DNA of 64,000 bases from an uncultured delta proteobacterium (lineage in GTDB: Bacteria > Myxococcota_A > Polyangia > Polyangiales > B10-G4), in the NCBI GenBank assembly GCA_963727445.1, contig CAVSGI010000008.1, forward strand, positions 352,001 to 416,000, written 5' to 3'. Under the pieces are notes generated by a model, which made no database searches, had not been told where the DNA came from, and saw only the letters and a program-made list of their open reading frames with translations. A program made the translations under genes and the position numbers. How positions within the stretch are numbered: position 1 is the stretch's first letter; each line of letters begins with the position of its first letter. This document shows, piece after piece, positions 10,675 to 18,537 of the stretch.

Positions 10675-11903
10675 CGACCCACGACGAAGCTGACGGTCGT
10701 GGTGGCCGAGCCGCCGATGTTCAGGGTCTGGGCGCGGCGCGCGTTCGGGACCTGCATGTCCCCCGCGCGCCCAGCGATCTGCGAGCTCGCGTCGAGGAGC
10801 ATGCGCACGCCCGTCGCGCCCACCGGGTGACCTGCGCCGATCAACCCGCCGCTCGGGTTGAGGGGGAGCGCGCCGCCCGCGAGGACCGTGCCATCTTCGA
10901 TCGCGGAAAAGGCCTCGCCGGGTTTGTCCGAGAGGCCGAGGTGATCCACGACGGCGTAGCCGGTGATCGAGAAGCAGTCGTGAACCTCGTAGAGGTCCAC
11001 GCCCCGCGGCCCCTGCACTTCGGCGCGGCGCCAGGCATCCGTCAGGGTTCCGCGCAGATGCGGAAAGACCCAGCGCTCACCGCGCGAGGCGACGAGCTTG
11101 TCCTCGAGGGACATCTGACTCGTGCGGTGGCCCCAGCCGATGATCCGCGGGATCGCGTCCAGGCTCTGCGCGGTCCGTGCGGCGTACCGTTCGGCGAAGC
11201 GTTTGGAGGCGAGCATCACGACAGCCGCCCCATCGGTAATCTGCCCACAATCCATCCGGCGGATCCGACCCTCCACCGTCGGGTTGGCTTCGTCGTCGGC
11301 GGTGAAGCTCGCGTCGCTGAAGCGCCAGCTCCGGGTCTGGGCGTTCGGGTTGTTGCGGCCGCTCTCGAAGGCGTTCTTCGCCCACGCCATCAAGTGCGCG
11401 TAGTCGAGGCCGAAGCGCTCGTCGTACTCGTCGGCGAGGCGGCTGAACATCGACGGCCAAAGATAGGTCGCGCCCGCGCCTTCGCGCCCGGCCCAGGCAG
11501 CGCAGCCGAGGTGCTCCGCCGCTTCGGTGCCCGAGACGTTGCGCATCTGTTCGATGCCCACCACGCAGGCGACGTCGTAGACTTCCGCTGCGATGTCGCG
11601 CATGGCCGCGAGCACCGCCACGCTCCCCGAAGCGCACGCCGCCTCGTGACGCGCGCTCGGCAATCCGTCGAACGCGGGATCCAGGGACGCGAACAAACCG
11701 CCCAGGTGGCCCTGGCGCGAGAAGAGCTCGGCAGTGAAGTTCCCCACGTGCGCGACGTCGACCTCTTCCGGCTCGACCTTCGTCGTCTCGAGCGCGAGGC
11801 GCACGGCGTCACCGAGGATCTCGAAGAGCCCCGCGCCCTGTCGACTGTAGTTTCGGGCGAAATCGGTCTGCGCCCCACCGAGGACGAAGACGGGGGCGCT
11901 CAT
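10671..11903 (-). CDS. Thiolase-family protein (SCP2-thiolase-like / Rv0914c-like)
   Basis: VLGGAQTDFARN, EAACASG, EVHDCF, GHPVGATG, LNIGGS; ATGA overlaps at both ends. Confidence 0.9.
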   Translation of the reverse strand: MSAPVFVLGGAQTDFARNYSRQGAGLFEILGDAVRLALETTKVEPEEVDVAHVGNFTAELFSRQGHLGGLFASLDPAFDGLPSARHEAACASGSVAVLAAMRDIAAEVYDVACVVGIEQMRNVSGTEAAEHLGCAAWAGREGAGATYLWPSMFSRLADEYDERFGLDYAHLMAWAKNAFESGRNNPNAQTRSWRFSDASFTADDEANPTVEGRIRRMDCGQITDGAAVVMLASKRFAERYAARTAQSLDAIPRIIGWGHRTSQMSLEDKLVASRGERWVFPHLRGTLTDAWRRAEVQGPRGVDLYEVHDCFSITGYAVVDHLGLSDKPGEAFSAIEDGTVLAGGALPLNPSGGLIGAGHPVGATGVRMLLDASSQIAGRAGDMQVPNARRAQTLNIGGSATTTVSFVVGR

Positions 11904-13330
11904 CGGGCGCTTCCGTCGAGCTCGGCGCCGGTCACCCAGGTGGCGTGGAAGCCGAGGGGCACCCGGCGTGGGAGCTCCACCCGTGCGATCGGTCCGGCTT
12001 CGATGTCGCGCGCCGAGAGCACCCAGCACTCGCTCTGTCGCGCGTTGCGGTCGTCGACGTAGGTGACGAGGTATCCGTCGTCCTCTCCGCGGCCGCCCTC
12101 GCGAGGCGCGAAGGCGACCTCGCTGCCGAAGCAACCCTCGGGGAGCTCGAAGGTCGACGACGTGCCGGCTTCGTGGTCGTACTTGACGATGCCGTCGAAG
12201 ACCAGGGTGCGTGCCGCCGGGATCCGCATGTTGTAGGCGTAGCGGCTCCGCTGCCCCGCGTAGGCGAGATTGATCGCGGGAAATTCGCTCGAGAGATCGT
12301 CGAGAGGCTCCTCGCGGGTCTCACCCGTCGTCAGATCGAAGGTCCAGCGATGAAGCGTCGCCGTCAGTCGCAGGTTGGCGAGCATCCGCGCCAGGTCGCC
12401 GTCGGCCGGGTCGGGCTGCGGCGTGGGGTCGACGCAGCGACAGGCGATCATCACCACCTGGTCGCCTCGATCCCAGGCGTTGACGACGTGGTAGATGTAG
12501 CAGGGCTCGGCTTCGAACCAGCGGATGCTCTCGGGAGCGCCGCGGCGCGGCAGGATCCCGAATCGCGCCGGCATCTCCGGGTAGTAGCCGACGATCCACT
12601 TCTGCTTCTCGAGGGCCTCCGGTCGGTAGAAGACGGGGAGGTCCATCAGAATGGCGTGCTTGTCGGTGAACGCCATGTCGTGCGGCAGGCGGGGCCCAGG
12701 CAGATCGATCGGCACGTGATGCGCGAGGGTTCCGTCCGACTCGATCACGCCGTAGCGCATCAGCGGAGGCCTCAGGCCGTAGTCGAAGAAGAGCAGCTCG
12801 CTGCGCTTCTTGTCGGTCTTGGCGTGGGCGCTCATGCGGAGCGGCTCGCCATTCGGCTTCGACAGTACGCCGCGGGTGTCGAGCTCCTCGGCGCCGAGCC
12901 GGTGGCCCCCGCCGCAGATGTACCAGAGGGCGACGAGCTCGCCGCCGTGGAAGACGACGTCCGTGTTCGCCGTGTCCTTGTAGGGCGCGTCCTCGGGGTT
13001 GTCGCGGGTGCTCTCCATGAGGCCACGCCAGAGCGCCCCGCCGGCTTCGTCCTCGCGGGTCAGACCGTCGGTGCGCACCCACCGGCTCCGGTAGCGCGCG
13101 TCTCCGTCCTCGAAGCGCATGGCGTGGAGCATCCCGTCGCCGTCGAACCAGTGATACCGCCCGGGCGCGGCGTGCTTGCGGTTCGGCCCGTTGCGCACGT
13201 ACATCCCGGACAGGTCGCGGGGGAGCTCCCCCTCGACGCGGAGGTCGTCGCTGTCGACCTCGTCTCCCACGGGAGCGTAGGGACCACAGAGGTAAGGATT
13301 TTCCATGGGCAGGTTCCTCTCGCGGCTCAC
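11900..13330 (-). CDS. Carotenoid oxygenase / RPE65-family dioxygenase
   Basis: GMYVRNGPN, HWFDGDGMLH, and the four Fe-ligand His motifs AHAK, PHDM, YHVVNAW, GFHATW. Confidence 0.93.
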   Translation of the reverse strand: MSRERNLPMENPYLCGPYAPVGDEVDSDDLRVEGELPRDLSGMYVRNGPNRKHAAPGRYHWFDGDGMLHAMRFEDGDARYRSRWVRTDGLTREDEAGGALWRGLMESTRDNPEDAPYKDTANTDVVFHGGELVALWYICGGGHRLGAEELDTRGVLSKPNGEPLRMSAHAKTDKKRSELLFFDYGLRPPLMRYGVIESDGTLAHHVPIDLPGPRLPHDMAFTDKHAILMDLPVFYRPEALEKQKWIVGYYPEMPARFGILPRRGAPESIRWFEAEPCYIYHVVNAWDRGDQVVMIACRCVDPTPQPDPADGDLARMLANLRLTATLHRWTFDLTTGETREEPLDDLSSEFPAINLAYAGQRSRYAYNMRIPAARTLVFDGIVKYDHEAGTSSTFELPEGCFGSEVAFAPREGGRGEDDGYLVTYVDDRNARQSECWVLSARDIEAGPIARVELPRRVPLGFHATWVTGAELDGSAR

Positions 13331-14379
13331 GAGCTTCCGCTCGTCTCCCAGATCGGATGGTGGCGCGCGGGCTCGGCGACCTCGACTTCGAGCGGGACGA
13401 GGTCCGGTCGGGTCACGTTCCGGCCCTCACGGCGCCGGTGAGGACCGCGACGTCGGCGGAAGGGTCCGCGCAGATTGCCGTAGCGCGGACGCCGGCCGGG
13501 GCCCGACCAATCGACCCACTGCGCCGCCTCCTCACGCACGTCCAGGTGCACGAAGGAGCTGCGCGGATAGAGCCCACATCCCGTCTTGGCCAGCGAACGG
13601 CAGAAGTCCCAGAGCGCCCGCTTCGCCACGCCCGCGACCGACACGTCCACCGCGCGTCCGTGTACGTGTCGGCTCGTTTCGCGAGTGAAGCCACGCACCT
13701 CGCGGAAGCCGCTCACCACGCGCACCTCACGGCCGCCGAAGTGATCGCTGATCGCCGCGACCAGGATCGCGAGGCGCGGCTCGGGCGTCTCCACCGGCTC
13801 GGCCTCGGGGTCGTCGGGGTCGGGCTCGTCACCGCGATGCATGATGCGCGCGAGCGCTTCGAGGGACTGGCGCGGCACGCGGCCTTCCTCGTCGCGAAGG
13901 CGGATCGTCACCTCTTCGGTGCGCGTACGCAGTCGCACCACGCCGGGCTCCTCGGCGTCCCCCCAGTCTTCGGGCCCGGCCGGCGCGACCGTCGCGCGAA
14001 AGCCCGGGAGCCAGAGGCGCTGGCCGACGCGGAGGCGCTCCCCGGAACGGATGCCGTTCTCGCGCGCCAGCGCCTCGATGGAGCAGTGGTTGTCGCGGGC
14101 GATGTGGGAGAGCGTCTGGCCTGAACGCACGAAGACCTCACCCCGGTCGGGGATCAACAGCACCTGCCCCGGGCGCAGGTTACCGGCACGGCGCATGTCG
14201 TTGGCCGCTTGGAGGTTCTGGACACTCACGTGGTAGCGCCGCGCGATCCGCGCGAGGTTTTCGCCCGGGCGGACGCGATGCTGCCGCTCGGCGCTCGCCC
14301 GGCCGGGGGCGAGGCCCGCGCCGAGGGCGAAGAGCGCCCCCGCGAGGCTGATAATCAGCGCCTTTCGCAGACCGATCAC
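13327..14379 (-). CDS. Secreted protein with two LysM domains and a YcbK/DUF882 (peptidase M15-like) domain
   Basis: Signal peptide; HRVRPGENLARIA and VRSGQTLSHIA LysM repeats; VVSGFR, SRHVHGRAVD, FVHLD. Confidence 0.88.
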   Translation of the reverse strand: MIGLRKALIISLAGALFALGAGLAPGRASAERQHRVRPGENLARIARRYHVSVQNLQAANDMRRAGNLRPGQVLLIPDRGEVFVRSGQTLSHIARDNHCSIEALARENGIRSGERLRVGQRLWLPGFRATVAPAGPEDWGDAEEPGVVRLRTRTEEVTIRLRDEEGRVPRQSLEALARIMHRGDEPDPDDPEAEPVETPEPRLAILVAAISDHFGGREVRVVSGFREVRGFTRETSRHVHGRAVDVSVAGVAKRALWDFCRSLAKTGCGLYPRSSFVHLDVREEAAQWVDWSGPGRRPRYGNLRGPFRRRRGPHRRREGRNVTRPDLVPLEVEVAEPARHHPIWETSGSS

Positions 14380-14429
14380 GGCGAGGGGCGAGTATTGGGG
14401 AGCCCCCCGCCGCGGTCAACGCGACGCCT

Positions 14430-16074
14430 TCAGCGCCGGCGGCGCCGGATGGCGAGGGCCCCGAAGGCGAAGAGCAGGCCCAGACCGAGGCCGCCCGCCC
14501 CACCGCTGGCGCTGCAGCCGCCGCCTCCGCCGAGATGGATGCCGCGCTGGGTCGCGGTGGCACGGGCGCGATCGAGGTCGACGTAGGGTCCGTACATCCC
14601 GCCCGCGAGATCCTCGCAGTACTGCTCGTCGCTCCCGGGATAGCTGATGCCTTCCTGCACCACGAACTCGGTGCCGCTCGGCAGGATCAGCTTCTGCGGC
14701 GCGTGGAACTCGAAGTACTCGGGGGAGCACTCGGTGCGATAGGTGGCGCGATGGACGTTGTCGACCTCGGGCACGGCCTCGTTCAGATCGAAGACGGGGT
14801 CGAGGGTCATCTCGTCGGCGCTCATGGTGGTGAAGAGGCGCGTGAGCTGCGGGTGCGCTTCCACCAGGTCCTGTGCGTTCTGCCGGGGCTCGACGATCGC
14901 CTCGTTCAACGCGTCGACCAGCCCGTTCGGATCGAGCTCGAGGCCCGCGATGTAGGCGTCGTATTCGCCGCCGCAGAAACCGTTGGTGAGGCAATTGTAG
15001 AACTGATTGGGCGTCGCGCCGTCGGGCGGCGGAATGAAGCGAAGGAGGATGGCGAGGAGCTGGCTGTCGCCAGTGAAGCCACGCCCCTGCAGGATGCGAA
15101 GGAACTCCGCGGGGTCGCTCTGGGCGCGGAGGTCCTCGATGGACATGACGGTGAGGGCGAGCTCGGGGGTCTGTCCGGCGTAGTCGGTGACGAAAGCCTG
15201 CCCGCCCGCGTCGTCGACGGCGCGGGAGACGGCGTTCACGTAGCTCTCGCCGCCGATCCAGAAACCAGGGGACTCGAGGTCCGGCTCGGTGGACATGTAG
15301 TTCATGGGACGCGCGCGACTGTCGGCGAGGATGTAAGCCGTGATGGGCATGTCCGGCGTGGTGGCGATGGCGGTGAGCTTGATCGGCACGCAGGGCTTCT
15401 GCTCCGTGTAGCGGAGGACGACGGGCTGGAATCTCGCCGGTGCCGCGATCCTGCTGGAGCTTGAGGGCGACGAAGAAGTGGCCGCTGTCGACGTACTCCA
15501 TGAGGAGAGGGACGGAGGCCTCGGGGATGTCGTAGCCGTTGTCCATCAGCCAGTTGAAGAGCGCTTCCGCGTCGCCGGCGGAGAGCACCACCGCGTCGTA
15601 AGGACCCACGGCTTCCTGAAGCAGGACGTCGACGCCCGGATCGGTCGGCGGCGCGGTCCCGGCATCCGCCGCCGAGCCGGGCGCTCCCCGCTCGCCGTCA
15701 GCGAAGTAGAGATCGTCCGAGCGACAGGAAGGCGTGGGGCGACACTCCCCAGTGCGCTCGTAATCGAGAGGGAAGGCGGGATTCGTCGCCTGCCGGATCT
15801 GTTGGAAGAGCACGTCGGTGCCCACCCCCAGCTCTGGCACGGTCGGGACCGGCAGGATCCAGGCGAAGTGCTCGGAGGTCCCCTGATAGAGGATCTGCAC
15901 GTGCGTCTCCATCGACCCGTCCTCTTGAACGGCGAAGACGATGTTCTCGCCCGATTGATCGATGGGCACTCGGTTACAGAAGAAGCCGCCGCAAGCGAAG
16001 GCCGATGCCGGAGCGAGCGCGTAGGCCGTGGTGGCGAGGGCGAGGGCGCAGAGGCCAACCCAGATGCGGTTCAT
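14430..16074 (-). CDS. DUF2330-domain protein with MYXO-CTERM-like tail, frameshifted by one extra base at 15430-15431
   Basis: Signal then ACGGFFC...FAWILPVP...VGPYD...WL.DNGY; deleting one base joins GEIQPVVLRY...CVPIKLT (547 aa); ends GGGGGCSASGG-hydrophobic-RRRRR. Confidence 0.85.
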
Positions 16075-16202
16075 GGATACAATCCTCCCGAGAGTCCAAG
16101 AGTCGTAGCAAGGCGCGTACCTCCAGTAAATTGCTGAGGAAAGAGGGCTGGGACGCGTGCCATTCTGAGCCTCGGAGGGAGATTTCGTGACCGGTGGTCC
16201 CA

Positions 16203-16301
16203 GAGACGGAGACGGAGACGGAGAGCGGAGACGGAGACGGAAGACGGAGACGGTGACGGTGACGGTGACGGTGACGGAGTCGGTGACGGTGACGGTGACG
16301 G
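16203..16301. repeat. Hexamer microsatellite (GAGACG)n grading into (GTGACG)n
   Basis: About 16 imperfect tandem units read directly in the intergenic sequence. Confidence 0.9.
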
Positions 16302-16309
16302 GATCATCG

Positions 16310-16431
16310 GACCCTGCGGCGTGTGTTGGTTTCCATGGCCGAAGGGGCGAAAGCTGCGCGCCAGGTGGACTGCCCTGGCACGGAGCTTTCGCCCGGGGTT
16401 GGCCATGGAAACCAACACACGCCTTCGGGTC
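16310..16431. repeat. Long inverted repeat / hairpin (REP- or MITE-like)
   Basis: Perfect 23-bp arms GGCGTGTGTTGGTTTCCATGGCC (16318-16340) and its reverse complement (16401-16423); inner GGGCGAAAGCT/AGCTTTCGCCC; outer GACCC/GGGTC. Confidence 0.9.
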
Positions 16432-16454
16432 GAGACGCCGACCCGTCCGTCCCC

Positions 16455-17270
16455 TCAGTCCTCTTCGGGCCGGTCCGCGACCTCGCCGGCCGCTTCGGCC
16501 GAGCCGCTGATCCACGTCCAGCCCTGACCGCGCTCGGTGGGGGCGCCGCGGGAGGGGAGCGTGAGGTCCGCGGAGACGCTCCCGGCCGCGGGGCCGTTGC
16601 CCACCACTGCGGGCAGGGTCTCGTCTGCGCGTGCGCTTCCGGCGGCGGGGCCGTTGCCCACCACCGCGGGCAGCGCTTCGTCCGCCGGGTTGAATCCGGT
16701 CGGGGGAACGTAGGGCTCCGGCTCGGCGGGCTCGGCGCTCTGGGCAGCCGCCAGGCGATTGACGGCGCGCACGTCGATCGAGGTGGAGACCGTCTTCGGC
16801 GCGTCGGGGATCGGCCCGGCGACGCGCAGGCTCTCGGCGCGCCGGCGCAGACACTCGAGCGACGCGTAGTTGACCGGCGCGGTCACGGAGGAGCGGGTGA
16901 CGGTGCCCGTCTCGGTCATCGTCACCGTCAATCGAATGGCGAACGCCGTGATCCCTTCGTTCACGGAGTCCGGACCGAGACACTCCGCGGGGTAGCCGTA
17001 GGCGTTCTTCACCCGGATGGCGAGGTCGAGCTCGGGCTCTTCCTCGCGAACCACCTCCTCGGTGGGCATGGCGTTCGCCGCTCCGGCGCCATTCGGCTGG
17101 TCGTCAGCCTGCCGAACGTTTTGCTCCTCTGACGTCGCGGAGAGCTGGTCGGGCGGACCGCCGACGCGTTCGTGACCCGCGCCGCGCTCGTTCCGCACCT
17201 CGGGCCCGCCCCGACAGCCCATCACGACCATCACGAGGGCGGCGAGCGCGGGGAGGAGGGGGCGCGACAT
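16455..17270 (-). CDS. Hypothetical lipoprotein with AgmX/PglI-C-like domain and a 19-aa tandem repeat
   Basis: Lipobox VMGC; ECL...IRLTVTMTETGTVTRSSV...ECLRRRAESL; ADExLPAVVGNGPAAGS twice. Confidence 0.7.
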   Translation of the reverse strand: MSRPLLPALAALVMVVMGCRGGPEVRNERGAGHERVGGPPDQLSATSEEQNVRQADDQPNGAGAANAMPTEEVVREEEPELDLAIRVKNAYGYPAECLGPDSVNEGITAFAIRLTVTMTETGTVTRSSVTAPVNYASLECLRRRAESLRVAGPIPDAPKTVSTSIDVRAVNRLAAAQSAEPAEPEPYVPPTGFNPADEALPAVVGNGPAAGSARADETLPAVVGNGPAAGSVSADLTLPSRGAPTERGQGWTWISGSAEAAGEVADRPEED

Positions 17271-17331
17271 GATGGAATCCTAATGGCTTTGCCTTCGGGG
17301 CGAAAGCGAAGGGGCGTATAGTGACCCCCCC

Positions 17332-18537
17332 TTGAGCGAGTCGAAGGACGATGGAAACGGTGCGGCGCCCCTCTTCGGGATCGTCGCCGTGTTCCTCATC
17401 GCGGTCGTCGGACTGGCCTCCTGGGCCACCCCCACCCAGGTCCCCGTGGCGCGCGCGGACGAGACGCCAGAGGCGGCCGAGGGGCGGGTCCTCTACACCC
17501 GTTACTGTGCGCTCTGCCACGGCGCGCGCGCCGAGGGGCACGCCGCCGACCACGCGCCGGCGCTCGGCAATCCCGAGCTGCTCCGGATCGCCAGCGACAC
17601 CTACCTGACGCGTTCGATCCTCGAGGGTCGCGCGGGCACGCCCATGGCGGCCTTCGCCCGCGAGGCGGGCGGGCCGCTCTCCAGCGAGGAGGCGGCCAAG
17701 ATCGTCGCCTTCCTCCGCAGCTTCCAGGAGGAGCCGAGCATCCGCCTCTTGAATGCGCCGGTGAACGGCGACCCCGTGCGGGGGATGCCCATCTTCCGCG
17801 AGCACTGTCAGGAGTGCCACGCCATCGAGGGTCGCGAGACGAAGGCGCCGCGCCTCGACCACCCCGCCTTCCTCGCGCTCGCCAGCAACGCATTCATCGC
17901 GCGCTCGATCCGGGTCGGAAGACCGGGCACGCCGATGGAGGCCTGGCATGACAAGCTTCGGCCCGATCAGATCAACGACCTGGTGGCGCTGATCCGGAGC
18001 TGGGCGCCGCATGGTGAGGCCGAGGATGCCGCGCGGGCAGAGCTCTTCGCTCACGACCCCCCCGACGTCCAGGGCGACGAGGACCCCGCCGCGGAGATCG
18101 CCCGCATGTGGGAAGGTCTCAGCGACGCGGACCTCGTCCTCGGTGCCCCGGGTGCGCAGGCGCCCGCGTTCCACCTCGAGGGCCGCTGGTACGTGAGCGC
18201 GCGCGAGCTCCGCGCGGCGCTGTCGGCAGACCAGCGTCTGATCCTCCTCGACGCGCGCCCCATGAGCGACTGGCTCGCAGGGCATCTACCCGGCTCGCTT
18301 CCGGTGCCCTTCTATTCCGACCACGCATCGCTCAGCCGCATACCCGACGACGGCACCTGGATCGTCGTCTACTGCGGCTGTCCCCACGCCGCCGCCGACC
18401 GGGTCGCGCAGCGTCTGAGCGAGCGGGGCATCACCACCCTCTCCGTCCTCGACGAGGGGTTCTGGTTCTGGAAGGACAACGGCTTCCCCGTGGTCACCGG
18501 GCCCGAGCGCTTCGACGTGGCTCAGTCCGCGAGATAG
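17332..18537 (+). CDS. Diheme cytochrome c fused to a rhodanese domain
   Basis: N-terminal TM; CALCH and CQECH each followed by GTPM; ILLDARP...GHLPG...VVYCGCPH...LDEGF. Confidence 0.88.
   Translation: MSESKDDGNGAAPLFGIVAVFLIAVVGLASWATPTQVPVARADETPEAAEGRVLYTRYCALCHGARAEGHAADHAPALGNPELLRIASDTYLTRSILEGRAGTPMAAFAREAGGPLSSEEAAKIVAFLRSFQEEPSIRLLNAPVNGDPVRGMPIFREHCQECHAIEGRETKAPRLDHPAFLALASNAFIARSIRVGRPGTPMEAWHDKLRPDQINDLVALIRSWAPHGEAEDAARAELFAHDPPDVQGDEDPAAEIARMWEGLSDADLVLGAPGAQAPAFHLEGRWYVSARELRAALSADQRLILLDARPMSDWLAGHLPGSLPVPFYSDHASLSRIPDDGTWIVVYCGCPHAAADRVAQRLSERGITTLSVLDEGFWFWKDNGFPVVTGPERFDVAQSAR

Noticed and set aside
16146..16163. Sigma-54 promoter upstream of DUF2330 (TGGCACG on the minus strand)
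   Set aside because: The GC lies 11 nt, not 10 nt, after the GG, and sigma-54 spacing is strict.
16203..16431. CRISPR array
   Set aside because: Only tandem hexamers and one inverted repeat; no repeat-spacer pattern and no cas genes.
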